DNA of 64,000 bases from Patescibacteria group bacterium UBA2773 (GCA_002352465.1 DEIN01000003.1:88933-152932); one strand, 5' to 3'; positions 48,829 to 59,334 are shown, counted from the first letter of the stretch. The notes: generated by a model from the sequence alone, not told the origin. Made by a program: numbers and translations.

Positions 48829-49987
48829 TGTTATAAATATTTAATGTTTCTTGGGCCGTTTTATCCCAATCAAATTTTTTAATTATTTCCGTTATTTTTT
48901 TCATTTGTTTTTCATTTTTTCTCTTATTTCGAGTCTTAAAAACTTTATTCAAACAGTCCAATATCGATTTTGGATCTTCTGGACTAAAATACTCCACCGA
49001 TTCACCTAAAATTTCTGGCATTGAAGTTTTATTAGAACAAGAGACTTTTTTCCCATAAGCCAAAGCCTCTAATGGTGGAAATCCAAAACCTTCATATAAC
49101 GATGGATAAATAAACATTTCTGATTCTCTGAAAATTAATTCAAAATCAACCTGTTCAATAAAACCCGGGATAATAATATTTTTTATTTCTTCTTTTGCTA
49201 TTTTCTTTTCCAATCTTTGATAAAAAAAATCTCGTCCTCCAGCCAACACTAAGCTAACCTTAGAATTTTGTTTATTAAAAATCGAGAAAACTTCCGACAA
49301 CCGTTCTAAATTCTTATGAGGATAGGCGTTACCGACACACAATAGATACGGTTTTATTATACCATACTTTTTCAAAATAGTCTTAGCGTTTTGATTGGTT
49401 TTTTGAGATACAAAATTGCAACCTTGATAAACCACTTTTATCTTTTCTTCTGAAACTTTCAAGGTTTTAATCAAATCTTTTTTGGTAAACTCAGAGATAG
49501 CAATTATCAAAACCGCCTTGCGAACTGCCAAGTTGATTACCATTCGGTAAGCCAAAAGTTTGATTAAATAAAAAGCTTTATTTAGAGTTGAATTTTTGAA
49601 AGTTGGAAAATGGAATAAAATTAAATCATGAATTGTGACGATAGTTTTTCTGAAATACAAAACTGGCACATTAAAATGACCAAAATGCATTAAATCTAAT
49701 TTATATTTATTCAAGAAAAAAGGATAAATTAACTGCTCTTTCCAACCATACCACTGAAAATCAGCTACTACTTTATGAAAATTTTTCTTCTGAGGCTTGA
49801 AATCATCGAACCGGTCTTTTTTAAGAAAAATAAAAAAATGATGATCAGTTTCATTATTATTGCGTTCCAAACCTTCAACTAATTTTTGAACATAAACTCC
49901 CAAACCTTTTTCTTTCGGTCCAAAAAATCTAGCGTCAATTCCAATTCGCATATTTTTGTTTAAATGATATTGATTATATTTTAACAA
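48815..49987 (-). CDS. Glycosyltransferase family 4 (GT-B)
   Basis: 390 aa. 'EGFGFPPLEALAYGKKV' GT4 signature. Confidence 0.75.
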   Translation of the reverse strand: MLKYNQYHLNKNMRIGIDARFFGPKEKGLGVYVQKLVEGLERNNNETDHHFFIFLKKDRFDDFKPQKKNFHKVVADFQWYGWKEQLIYPFFLNKYKLDLMHFGHFNVPVLYFRKTIVTIHDLILFHFPTFKNSTLNKAFYLIKLLAYRMVINLAVRKAVLIIAISEFTKKDLIKTLKVSEEKIKVVYQGCNFVSQKTNQNAKTILKKYGIIKPYLLCVGNAYPHKNLERLSEVFSIFNKQNSKVSLVLAGGRDFFYQRLEKKIAKEEIKNIIIPGFIEQVDFELIFRESEMFIYPSLYEGFGFPPLEALAYGKKVSCSNKTSMPEILGESVEYFSPEDPKSILDCLNKVFKTRNKRKNEKQMKKITEIIKKFDWDKTAQETLNIYNSVSK

Positions 49988-50014
49988 AAAAAGACCAAAT
50001 TAAAAACAGATTCT

Positions 50015-51136
50015 TTAAATAAAAAAATTTCTTTTCTTCTCCGCAATTCGTTGCGCTTGTGCTTGACCTTTTTTGGAATATATTCGATAAATTTTTTCGT
50101 TTTTTAACAAAAGCTCTAACGCTAAACAAATTTCGAAAGATTGATAAGGATTAATCAAAATTGCCCCGTCACCCAAAACTTCCGGTATTGAAGAACAGTT
50201 TGAAGCAATGGTCGGAACCCCTGCAGCCATCGCTTCTAACGGTGGAAAACCAAAACCTTCATAGAAAGAAGGATAGACAAAAACCTTCGCCAAAGAATAA
50301 AACATCGGTTTATCTTTTTCTTCCACGAAACTGGTAAAAATTATATCCTCCGCCAACAAACTGTTCTCAGCTCTTTCAATAATCGACTCCCATAGCCAAC
50401 CTTTCTCACCAGCTATTACTAATTTGTAATCCCGAACCCAATCGTTACGCCGCTTGAAACTCTCAAAACCTTTAATTAAACCTTTAATATTTTTTCTCGG
50501 CTCAATCGTGCCTAAAAATAAAATAAATTTACTGGGCAACCGATATTTATCAATAATTTCTTGATTGCGACAACTGACTTGATTAAAGTTTTTGAAATTA
50601 AAAAAAGGATAATTAACAACGATTTTACTTGATTTAATTTGATATAAATTAATTAAATCTTGAGCAGTTGAATTCGATACTGCCCAAATTCGATAAGCTT
50701 CCTTCGTATTTTTTCTTGGATTAATAAAAAAATGCCACAACCTTCTTTTCCAAGAAAAAGTTTCCGGCATCCTTTCAAAAGACAAATCGTGAACAGTTAA
50801 AATTCGCCGACATTTTTTAGTTAATGCCAAAAAATGAAAATTAGGCGAAATAAAATAATCTAACCCACCCAAAAGATTGTCAATCTTGGGCCAATTCAAA
50901 AACAAAAAACAAAAATTTAATAGTTTATTAGGAATTCCAAATCTTTTTATTTGAACATTCTTATATTGTTCGAGCCAAGCAAAATCTTCTCTAATTCTTC
51001 CAAAAGCGTTCAAAAAAATGATAAACTGATCTTTATCATTTTCTTCGACTAGACGAAAAATTAAACCTTGAGCGTATTCTTCCACTCCTGTATTTCGACT
51101 ATTCTGCAAACACCTTCCGTCAATTCCTACTTTCAT
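50015..51136 (-). CDS. Glycosyltransferase family 4 (GT-B)
   Basis: 373 aa. 'EGFGFPPLEAMAAGVPTIASN'. Confidence 0.8.
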   Translation of the reverse strand: MKVGIDGRCLQNSRNTGVEEYAQGLIFRLVEENDKDQFIIFLNAFGRIREDFAWLEQYKNVQIKRFGIPNKLLNFCFLFLNWPKIDNLLGGLDYFISPNFHFLALTKKCRRILTVHDLSFERMPETFSWKRRLWHFFINPRKNTKEAYRIWAVSNSTAQDLINLYQIKSSKIVVNYPFFNFKNFNQVSCRNQEIIDKYRLPSKFILFLGTIEPRKNIKGLIKGFESFKRRNDWVRDYKLVIAGEKGWLWESIIERAENSLLAEDIIFTSFVEEKDKPMFYSLAKVFVYPSFYEGFGFPPLEAMAAGVPTIASNCSSIPEVLGDGAILINPYQSFEICLALELLLKNEKIYRIYSKKGQAQAQRIAEKKRNFFI

Positions 51137-51164
51137 CGGCTGAATTATTTAAAAATATTTTCAA

Positions 51165-51779
51165 CTATTTTTTTGGTACTTCCTCAAAATAATATCGTAA
51201 AAGCACTCCGAATATTCCTAATGAAAATCCTAAACAAATCGAGATCAATAAAATTAAATAAATACTGATGTTGTTTTTTTCAACCCGAACATCATCAATC
51301 ACCAATTTGAACCAGCCTTTGTCTCCTTGATTTGATTTTAATTGCTGAGTTTGTTGAATTAGATTATTCTCAAGAACCTTTCCAAAAATAGTTGCTGACT
51401 GAGAAGATTTAGATTGAAACTCAACTTTAATATAATTAGAAGACAATTGAGTGGCTTTTATTTTTGAAAGATCGCTCCAATCTCCTTTACGAACTTTTCC
51501 AAAATCTTTTCTATTCCTTTCCATTAAACCTGGATCGCTTACCCAGTTAACAACATTTTTACCAAATTTCTCATCCGCCTCCAATCGATAAAATTGATCG
51601 TACTGACAATCATTAATAATCGTCTTGTCTTCACGAGAAATATTAATTGCGATTGATCCTAGATAAATTTTTCTTTGTTGATTATAAATAATCAATCCTA
51701 AAAAAAATACTCCCAAAACAATCAAGCCAAAAGTAATTCGATATTTTTTGACTAAATTTAAAAATTCTTTAAGTTCCAT
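51165..51779 (-). CDS. Wzz-like chain-length-determinant N-terminal domain protein (tentative)
   Basis: 204 aa. N-terminal 'LKEFLNLVKKYRITFGLIVLGVFFLGLIIY' TM pattern typical of Wzz/Cap proteins, plus a C-terminal TM. Confidence 0.35.
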   Translation of the reverse strand: MELKEFLNLVKKYRITFGLIVLGVFFLGLIIYNQQRKIYLGSIAINISREDKTIINDCQYDQFYRLEADEKFGKNVVNWVSDPGLMERNRKDFGKVRKGDWSDLSKIKATQLSSNYIKVEFQSKSSQSATIFGKVLENNLIQQTQQLKSNQGDKGWFKLVIDDVRVEKNNISIYLILLISICLGFSLGIFGVLLRYYFEEVPKK

Positions 51780-51869
51780 TCTAATAATTTAATTATAATA
51801 TAAAAGGGCATCGGAAAAAATTCCAAAAGCCCTCCTGCTTTTTCTTAATTTAAAAAATTTTATTCTAAT

Positions 51870-53306
51870 TTATTTCTTTTCCGCTTTAGTTAATTCAAAT
51901 TTCAAATGATTTTTTAGAATACTCTTTTGGCTATAGTCTCCTTCAGCGGTTTTGACATTGATCGTCACTGGCACATCACCAACCCCAGATTGTTTCTGAA
52001 TCAAGAGTTTATAATTATCCTTAAGATTATCAGGCAAAGTATAAACAATCTTAGCTGGAGTTGTACTATTCATCACCGTGTGGCAAACAAACCCAAAGTA
52101 ATTTTTGCCACTTTCCTCTTGAATATTAGGATAACCCACCCAAGCTCTCGATAATAGATCAGTTCCCAAAGGTGTATAAACTCTCAAATAAGAATGATAA
52201 TCAGTCGTTCGCCAATCTCCATAAGTAGCATTATGAGTATAATTAATTTCTAGCGTCGCAGTTGGTTTTTCCAAAGTTAAATCAACACTATAAATCATTT
52301 CTCGATCCATATAATAATCGGATTTAAAAGCACCCAGATTAGCATCCACCATCATTAAATAATCTCCATCCCAATTTTGGTCAATTACTCCTGCCCAGCC
52401 AACACTCTTAGCCAAAGTTTGCAGTTCCGAATCCTCAAAATAAAATTGCACCTCCTTGTTTCTTAGCTCATCCAGAGCCAAGTCAGCAGTTTTCTTAATA
52501 TTTGACGGAATCATTAATCGATCAGCAATCGCTGGCGCTAGAACTTTCATTACTGCTTTTCTGTTTTGAGTATCTAAATCTTCGTTCAAAAGATATTTCT
52601 TTTCCACTTGCTCTTCTAATTTTAAAACCGCGTTTTCACCAGTAAAGACTCCATACGCTCCCAAATCAATTGGTCCAGTAATCTTCAAGAAATCATTCAA
52701 AACCGTAGCGTTAACTGCCATCACCCCATCAAAATCATCGTTCCCTCCACTTAAACGATAAAAATATTTAACCTTTTCAACCGTTGTTGGAAAATCAGGG
52801 AAAAAATTTGAATCTCTGAATTTCCATTTCTTAACTTCCATCATTTTTTCAAATGGATAAGGAGCTCTTACATCAGCCTTAATTCTTTGATCTAATAAAT
52901 TCGCATCTTCAATAAATAGAGTGGTCACTTCGCCATCCTTAAGTTTCAAAACAGCATACTGTCCCAAAAAACCACCAGCTGGTCGCAATTCCATATTATT
53001 TTGCAACAAAACCAAATATCTTCTTTCAATTCCGTCCTTAACGGTAAAAGCTTGCACAAATTTGTCGATAGCTTGAATTTCGTCTTTGGTGTTTTGTTCG
53101 ATTGGAAGAAATTGAGTGATCTTATCAATCGCTGTAATTGAATTAATTAAAATTTGAGTCTTCTTCACATCCTTAAAAAAATAAAAAGCACTAGCAATGC
53201 CAACAATTAAAATCAAAGTAATCCCAAAAAATATTTTCTTTTTCATCGCTCTTTTCTTTGTAAAAATTAAGTTAGAATAATCATTTAACACCCTCAAGCT
53301 TATCAC
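51870..53306 (-). CDS. DUF4012-family secreted/membrane-anchored protein
   Basis: 478 aa. Signal anchor, then 'FRDSNFFPDFPTTVEKVKYFYRLSGGNDDFDGVMAVNATVLNDFLKITGPIDL', paralogous to 46051-48828. Confidence 0.5.
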   Translation of the reverse strand: MISLRVLNDYSNLIFTKKRAMKKKIFFGITLILIVGIASAFYFFKDVKKTQILINSITAIDKITQFLPIEQNTKDEIQAIDKFVQAFTVKDGIERRYLVLLQNNMELRPAGGFLGQYAVLKLKDGEVTTLFIEDANLLDQRIKADVRAPYPFEKMMEVKKWKFRDSNFFPDFPTTVEKVKYFYRLSGGNDDFDGVMAVNATVLNDFLKITGPIDLGAYGVFTGENAVLKLEEQVEKKYLLNEDLDTQNRKAVMKVLAPAIADRLMIPSNIKKTADLALDELRNKEVQFYFEDSELQTLAKSVGWAGVIDQNWDGDYLMMVDANLGAFKSDYYMDREMIYSVDLTLEKPTATLEINYTHNATYGDWRTTDYHSYLRVYTPLGTDLLSRAWVGYPNIQEESGKNYFGFVCHTVMNSTTPAKIVYTLPDNLKDNYKLLIQKQSGVGDVPVTINVKTAEGDYSQKSILKNHLKFELTKAEKK

Positions 53307-53472
53307 AAATCTTTTAATTCAACAAATCTATTTTCAATAATAATTTTTTACTTTATAATAAATAATGTCGTTTAAAAAATAAACCGATTGAATTGGTTTT
53401 CAATTTATTCGTGTTAATTATTAATACGAAAAAAATTAAAATAAATTGCAAATAATAAATAAAAAATAAATC

Positions 53473-53856
53473 ATGCGAGACATCCAAGAGATTTTCAATG
53501 AGCTAGAAGAAGTCAAAAAAACTCAAAAAGAAATTCAAACTGAATATAAAGACGCTTTGCTTAATGCCAATGAATTTGAGGAAATTCAAGACAAAATTAA
53601 AGAATTAACCGAAAAAAGAAAAACCATACAAGGAATGGTTCAAGCGGAAATGGGACAAAGATTTCAAGACCTTGAAATGGCCAAAGATCAACAAAAAGAA
53701 TTAAAACAAATGCTCTCTGACATTGCCATGAGCAATTTAATGGATGGAAAATCGATTGAACTAAAAGATAATCACGATTCTGTTTACGAACCTCAATTTT
53801 CAGTCACATTCAAAAGAACTAATGCTAAAAGCATTGAAGAAGAAAGCACTAAATAA
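53473..53856 (+). CDS. Hypothetical coiled-coil protein (127 aa)
   Basis: ORF track. E/K/Q-rich. One of the few plus-strand genes. Followed by a strong terminator. Confidence 0.4.
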   Translation: MRDIQEIFNELEEVKKTQKEIQTEYKDALLNANEFEEIQDKIKELTEKRKTIQGMVQAEMGQRFQDLEMAKDQQKELKQMLSDIAMSNLMDGKSIELKDNHDSVYEPQFSVTFKRTNAKSIEEESTK

Positions 53857-53871
53857 AATTATTTCTTATTA

Positions 53872-53905
53872 AAAAAGCGTGTCTTATAGACACGCCTTTT
53901 TATTT
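53872..53905 (+). terminator. Rho-independent terminator
   Basis: aagcgtgtc-ttata-gacacgcc followed by tttttattt. Confidence 0.6.
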
Positions 53906-54064
53906 AAACTCTGTTTGCAAAATGTCAAAATCCAAATTACTCTAAATTACTCAAATCAAATTTTAAGGTCAAATTATCAAAAACCGACCTCTGGACGACT
54001 ATTCGGATTTTAGTTTTTAAAATTGATTTGGAATAATTTGGAATAATTTGAACTTTAGAATAAT

Positions 54065-54847
54065 TTAAAAATATTCTATCATTTTTATCCAATCTTCCAC
54101 CCCCAATTCCTGCGCTCTCGTAGTTCCTTTGAATCCAATTTTTATTAGAATTTTCTCCACGACTTTTTTTTTCAAGTCCAATCCAACTGACAAATTGTTG
54201 ACTAAAGTTTTCCTAGGGCTGGAAAAACCAACCTTAATCAGTCTGAAAAATTTTTTTTCTGCTTCTAATTCAAGTCGCCCCTCTTTTTTTATAACAATCT
54301 TGATTACCGCTGAATCAACATCGGGAGCTGGCTCAAATTTTTCTCGAGGAACAATTGTGACGATTTCTGGCTCGCCAAAATATTGAACCGACAAAGACAA
54401 AATTCCCAATTTTCCAGGTTTAGCACAAATCCTTTCAGCCACCTCTTTTTGCACCATCAAAACCAAAATTTGAGGTTGAAAAGAATTTTCCAAAAATAAT
54501 CGAAGAATTTTTCCAGTAATATAGTAAGGAATATTAGCAATCACTTTAAATGCCAAGAAATCTCTCTGATTTAAAACTTCTTTCCAATTAGTATCTAGAA
54601 CATCTCCTGTCAAAATCTCTAGATTATCAGCCCTTAAACTGTTTCGACAAAATCTGGCTAACTCTTCGTCTTTTTCGATTGCCAAAACTTTTTTGGATCG
54701 ACGAACCAAAGCTTTTGTTAAAAACCCTCGCCCCGGACCGATTTCCAAAACATTATCATCAGAATAAATTTCTCCCGCTTCAATAATTTTATCAACAACC
54801 GCAGTATCAATCAAAAAATTTTGCCCCAATGATTTTTTCGCTTTCAT
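54065..54847 (-). CDS. rsmA: 16S rRNA (adenine1518/1519-N6)-dimethyltransferase
   Basis: 260 aa. 'KKSLGQNFLID' and SAM motif 'VLEIGPGRGFLT'. Confidence 0.85.
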   Translation of the reverse strand: MKAKKSLGQNFLIDTAVVDKIIEAGEIYSDDNVLEIGPGRGFLTKALVRRSKKVLAIEKDEELARFCRNSLRADNLEILTGDVLDTNWKEVLNQRDFLAFKVIANIPYYITGKILRLFLENSFQPQILVLMVQKEVAERICAKPGKLGILSLSVQYFGEPEIVTIVPREKFEPAPDVDSAVIKIVIKKEGRLELEAEKKFFRLIKVGFSSPRKTLVNNLSVGLDLKKKVVEKILIKIGFKGTTRAQELGVEDWIKMIEYF

Positions 54848-54856
54848 AAAAAATAG

Positions 54857-55219
54857 TTAGACTTTTGATAACATCAAAATTCGCTGTTTAAAACCACCTC
54901 TTACTTTTCTTTTTTCTGCTTGCGCTTCACGAATTTTTTCCGAATCCAATTCATTTAAAATCAAAAGTTCATCGATGATTTCCATAACATCAGACAAATC
55001 TTCTATTAAATGTTTTTTATTCTTCGTATTGGCTAGTTCATTAGCTTCTTCTTCGATTTTTTTTAATAAAAAAGCCATGTAATCCTTATCATCTTTCAAT
55101 TTTTCTGTTTTAACTTTCTTTCCTTTATTTTTTTCTATAATTTCAGGGATCCTATCTCTAACTAATTTAGGATATTCATTCTCTTTTTTTAAATCTGTTT
55201 CAAAATGTTCAAAGCTCAT
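54857..55219 (-). CDS. MazG-like nucleotide pyrophosphohydrolase domain protein
   Basis: 120 aa. 'KLVRDRIPEII' all-alpha NTP-PPase signature with an EExxE-type acidic helix. Confidence 0.45.
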   Translation of the reverse strand: MSFEHFETDLKKENEYPKLVRDRIPEIIEKNKGKKVKTEKLKDDKDYMAFLLKKIEEEANELANTKNKKHLIEDLSDVMEIIDELLILNELDSEKIREAQAEKRKVRGGFKQRILMLSKV

Positions 55220-55370
55220 TTTTTTTATAATTACTCTAATTAAACGATTTTAAAAACTTAGATTTTTGAGTAAAATTCGAGGCTGATTTGAGTACCGAAT
55301 GAGGCGTACTAAATAGTACGACGAATGAGTGGCGGAAAATCCAACAAAGAAATTTACCAAAAATCTAAGT

Positions 55371-55688
55371 TTAAAGATATTTTTCTAGTAATTCTTTGAG
55401 TATGCCCTTCTCTCGTAAACCTGTCATATTCTCTTTAACCTCTCCATCTTTAAAAATCAACAAAGTCGGAATGCTCATTACCCCATATTCACCAGCCACA
55501 TCCTGAGAATTTTCAATATCTAATTTTCCGACCGTTGCCTTGTCTCCTATTTCCTTGCCCAATTCATCTACAATCGGACCTTGAACTTTACAAGGACCAC
55601 ACCACTCTGCAAAAAAATCTACTAAAACTGGTTTAGTTTTTGACATTTCAATCACTTCTTTTTTAAAATTTTCACTATTAAATTCCAT
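55371..55688 (-). CDS. trxA: Thioredoxin
   Basis: 105 aa. Active site 'WCGPC'. Confidence 0.88.
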   Translation of the reverse strand: MEFNSENFKKEVIEMSKTKPVLVDFFAEWCGPCKVQGPIVDELGKEIGDKATVGKLDIENSQDVAGEYGVMSIPTLLIFKDGEVKENMTGLREKGILKELLEKYL

Positions 55689-55699
55689 AACATTAATTA

Positions 55700-55942
55700 T
55701 TAATTATTATTTACAATTTCCTTAATTAATTTTTTGACTCGCTCCTTGTCTTTTTTAGTATTACCCGACAAACAATTTAAAGTGCTTTCCTCAATGATTC
55801 TATTTATCACTGAATTAATTCCTGATTTTGACGCCTTAAGCTGAGTCAAAACTTCAACACAGTCCTTTTCTGCCTTCACCATTCTTTTAATCCCCTCCAA
55901 TTGACCAATAATATTATTAATTAATTGCTCTGTATTTTTCAT
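55700..55942 (-). CDS. CsoR/RcnR/FrmR-family metal-sensing transcriptional repressor (DUF156)
   Basis: 80 aa. 'IIGQLEGIKRMVKAEKDCVEVLTQLKASKSGINSV' matches the CsoR-family helix pattern and has a conserved Cys. Confidence 0.55.
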   Translation of the reverse strand: MKNTEQLINNIIGQLEGIKRMVKAEKDCVEVLTQLKASKSGINSVINRIIEESTLNCLSGNTKKDKERVKKLIKEIVNNN

Positions 55943-56095
55943 TTAAAAAATTTAAATGTTTATTTTTTATTATCAAAAAATATTATCTGCTAATTTAATA
56001 TATCATACTGTCGATCAAAACCACAACCAAGAAACCATCCCAATAATTAAGTCTCAAATTCCTTACAAAAAACCGCTTCTATTTTTCCAATCTCC

Positions 56096-57055
56096 TTACT
56101 CCTCCTCAACGCATATTCCTCTTTCTGAAATAGCCACGATTGTTTTCATTAATAACCAAATTATTACCAAATTTAATATGACAAAAAATATCCAAGAAAG
56201 ATAATTAAACAAAATAATATCAGTCTCGTGAAACATCAAGATAGTAGCAATTGTTATCGCAGAAATAGGGAAAGAATAGGCCCACCAAGAAAGATAATAT
56301 TTTATTTTTCTAAATATTTTTATTTGAGAAAATAATAAAAACACTAGAAATAATCCAAAATAATATAATATTTTTGAAAACTCACTAGCCTCTCCAGTTA
56401 GTTTAACCAAAGAAATGAAACCAACGGCCGGAGGAGCAATTAAAATGAAAAGAGTCGGGATCAATTTTCTTGGCAAAGGACTATGAAAAATAATCCGATT
56501 AAAAAATATCACTAATAATATGATCCACAAAAATAAGCCGATACTATAGAAAAACCAGGATATTTCAAGAGAGAAAAAACTCACCCCTGCCACAGGAACC
56601 AAAATATTCCCAACCGCTGGAATAAACCAAGAAGGATTCATATGCTTAATTTCAAATTTTGTCTGCTGAATCCAAATTGATATTACTTTGATAGTAAGAA
56701 TAAAATGAATGATTGTTCCAGCTATCCACAGATATTTTGAAATAAATAAATTCACTGATAAAAATGCGATACTCAATAAAAGTAAGCTAATTGAAAAAGT
56801 AGGGAAAAAACTTAGTTTAACCGGATTATTAAATTCAACTTTCACTTCATCACTAAATAAAATTATTTTAAGAACATAAATAAGGGCGATAATTCCAAAA
56901 AGTGCCGAAGTCAAAATCAAAATAGATAAACTTAAATTAAATGGCATTTTTAAAATTTGCTCTGACTTTTGAAAAGCAATCGTAAACCCCGCCATTCCTA
57001 AAATTATTGAAAAAAATGACACAGAAAAATATTTTATTCTACATTCTTTCTTCAT
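56096..57055 (-). CDS. TehA/TDT-family membrane transporter (tellurite-resistance / dicarboxylate transporter-like)
   Basis: 319 aa with ~10 TM segments. 'FSIILGMAGFTIAF' and 'NPSWFIPAVGNILVPVAG' resemble TehA signatures. Confidence 0.5.
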   Translation of the reverse strand: MKKECRIKYFSVSFFSIILGMAGFTIAFQKSEQILKMPFNLSLSILILTSALFGIIALIYVLKIILFSDEVKVEFNNPVKLSFFPTFSISLLLLSIAFLSVNLFISKYLWIAGTIIHFILTIKVISIWIQQTKFEIKHMNPSWFIPAVGNILVPVAGVSFFSLEISWFFYSIGLFLWIILLVIFFNRIIFHSPLPRKLIPTLFILIAPPAVGFISLVKLTGEASEFSKILYYFGLFLVFLLFSQIKIFRKIKYYLSWWAYSFPISAITIATILMFHETDIILFNYLSWIFFVILNLVIIWLLMKTIVAISERGICVEEE

Positions 57056-57090
57056 ATTTTTAATTAAAAATTATAATTATTTTTTTCATT

Positions 57091-57537
57091 CTATTCTTTC
57101 ACTTTCATAACCGTTTCATCGACGATTTTTTTCAAAATAGCCATAACATTTTTTGACATTGAAGCGATATCAATTTCGGGAAACATCAACCCAACCATCC
57201 ACGGCTTCATTTGCATAAATCGCAAAACTACCTTATCACCTTCTTGTGCAATAGTGATAGCTTTGGGCATCATTATTCCCATGTCATAACTTATAGTGGT
57301 TAAGGCTTTATGAGATTTTTCGGCATTGCATAATTGAACAATCTGATACTGAAAATTTTTTTCTAAAGGCAATTTCGCTTTTTCAAAGGTTTTTCTTAAA
57401 TCGTGAATTGCTGGAATTGAAAAATTATTTTTTAAAATAGATTTTTTTAATGCTATCAAAACTTCCCCAAAAGGAGCCTCGACTGATTGCTTATAAACAA
57501 TCTCTCCCATCATCTTTCTCACTAACATCTTTTTCAT
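57091..57537 (-). CDS. DUF302-like small protein (tentative)
   Basis: 148 aa. Sits in a metal/metalloid-stress gene neighbourhood. Weak pattern similarity only. Confidence 0.3.
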   Translation of the reverse strand: MKKMLVRKMMGEIVYKQSVEAPFGEVLIALKKSILKNNFSIPAIHDLRKTFEKAKLPLEKNFQYQIVQLCNAEKSHKALTTISYDMGIMMPKAITIAQEGDKVVLRFMQMKPWMVGLMFPEIDIASMSKNVMAILKKIVDETVMKVKE

Positions 57538-57575
57538 TTTTTTTCAAATTATTTTATTACCCTCCAACCTTACCA

Positions 57576-57594
57576 CACACCCCCTAGGGGTGTC
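57576..57594. promoter_or_regulatory. Imperfect palindrome cacaCCCCTAGGGGtgt upstream of the DUF302-like/TehA-like genes; candidate operator
   Basis: Core perfect 10-mer CCCCTAGGGG at 57581-57590, located 40 bp upstream of the 57537 start codon. Confidence 0.35.
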
Positions 57595-57856
57595 AAGAGA
57601 GATTTCAATCTTTTTTTAAACAAAAACCTCGCAAACGAATTTTCTTCGTCTACGAGGGCCAAACAATCTATTAAACATTTAAAATTGCAACGGTCAAAAC
57701 TATCAGCTCGACCGCACCTACCCACCACGGAAGATGAATAGTTGAAAAATTAAACGGCATTTTTAACACCTCCTTTACTATTGATTCTTTAATTGACATT
57801 TTATGCCAAAACCCTGTTTTAAATCAGGGTTTTAAAAATTCAAAATAAAATTTATT

Positions 57857-59236
57857 TTAATAAAATTTAATCCACATGTATATCTGGGCGATAGCCACGG
57901 TGATTACCATAACAACTAATCCCACCTTCATAAAATCAACAAACTTAATCTTATACCCCGATTTCTCTGCCATTCCAGCTACTACCAAATTAGCACTCGC
58001 TCCCACCAAAGTTCCATTGCCTCCAAGACAAGCACCCAACGCCAAAGACCACCAAATCGGATTCAACCCTTCAGCGAAAACACCGTTCATTTGTTCCACT
58101 AAAGGAATCATCGTGGCTACAAAAGGAATATTGTCTACAAAAGCCGAGAAAAAAGCCGCTCCCCACAAAATCAAGATTGAAGTAATTTGAAAATCGCCTT
58201 GAGTTAATTCCAGCATTTTTTCTGCGGCCCAATTGATTGCACCAACATGTTCCAAGCCACCAACCAAAACAAATAATCCAATAAAAAAGAAAATTGTCAC
58301 CCATTCCACTTCTTCTAAAACTCGCTCTGGATTTTTTCCGTCCAAAAATAAGAGCAATCCGGCTCCAAACAAAGCAATAGTAGCAGCCTCCATCCCCAAC
58401 GCTCCATGAAAGAAAAACCCCAAAATCACCAAAGTCAAAGTGAATAAAGATTTTTTTAACAATGTTGGATTTTTAATACTTTCTTTTTCGTCTAACTGCA
58501 TTACTCGAGCCTTATTTTCCTCGCTAGTTTTAATTTTTTTACCATACCAAAACTTAAACAAAGGAATCAAAACAATTATCATAACAACAACCACTGGTGC
58601 TAAATTTTGAACAAACTCCATAAAAGTCAATCCCGCTGCACTCCCAATCAAAATATTTGGCGGATCCCCAATCAAAGTCGCGGTTCCACCGACATTACTC
58701 ATAAAAATTTCTACCAATAAAAATGGCATTGGATTAATCTTCAAATTATCGCAAATCACAAAAGTCATTGGCACCATCAAAAGCACAGTCGTCACGTTGT
58801 CCAATAAAGCTGAAAAAACCGCGGTAATAATAGCGAACATTAATAAAATTTTCCACGGATCTCCTTTGGCTATTTTCGCCGCTCGAACGGCTACGTATTG
58901 AAAAATTCCAGTATCTTTGGTGATTCCAACGATAATCATCATCCCCACCAAAAGCCCTACCGTATTAAAATCAATCGCTCCAACCGCCACGTGTTGACCA
59001 TAAAAACCCATCACTTCTCCAATAATTATCATCAAAGCTCCCCCAAAAATCGCCACAATTGTTCGATGAACTTTTTCTGAAATAATCGCTCCATAACTTC
59101 CCAAAAAAATCAACAAAGCTGCGGTCATCATTCCGCTCGTAATGTGAAATCCTTGGACTACCTCTTGTTCTACTCCATGCATAATAATAGTCGGCCTATA
59201 TTTTTGATGAATTTTACGTCTTGACTCGAACTTCAC
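57857..59236 (-). CDS. ArsB/NhaD-family anion permease
   Basis: 459 aa with 10-12 TM segments and the duplicated half-structure typical of the ArsB/NhaD/CitMHS superfamily. Confidence 0.7.
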   Translation of the reverse strand: MKFESRRKIHQKYRPTIIMHGVEQEVVQGFHITSGMMTAALLIFLGSYGAIISEKVHRTIVAIFGGALMIIIGEVMGFYGQHVAVGAIDFNTVGLLVGMMIIVGITKDTGIFQYVAVRAAKIAKGDPWKILLMFAIITAVFSALLDNVTTVLLMVPMTFVICDNLKINPMPFLLVEIFMSNVGGTATLIGDPPNILIGSAAGLTFMEFVQNLAPVVVVMIIVLIPLFKFWYGKKIKTSEENKARVMQLDEKESIKNPTLLKKSLFTLTLVILGFFFHGALGMEAATIALFGAGLLLFLDGKNPERVLEEVEWVTIFFFIGLFVLVGGLEHVGAINWAAEKMLELTQGDFQITSILILWGAAFFSAFVDNIPFVATMIPLVEQMNGVFAEGLNPIWWSLALGACLGGNGTLVGASANLVVAGMAEKSGYKIKFVDFMKVGLVVMVITVAIAQIYMWIKFY

Positions 59237-59334
59237 TCAAAACTATCGGCCTTTTTAGATTAATGATAATAATAAAACTTCCCCCAACAAAACAAAAAGC
59301 AACATCAATTGTTGCTTTTAACTTTTAGATAAGT

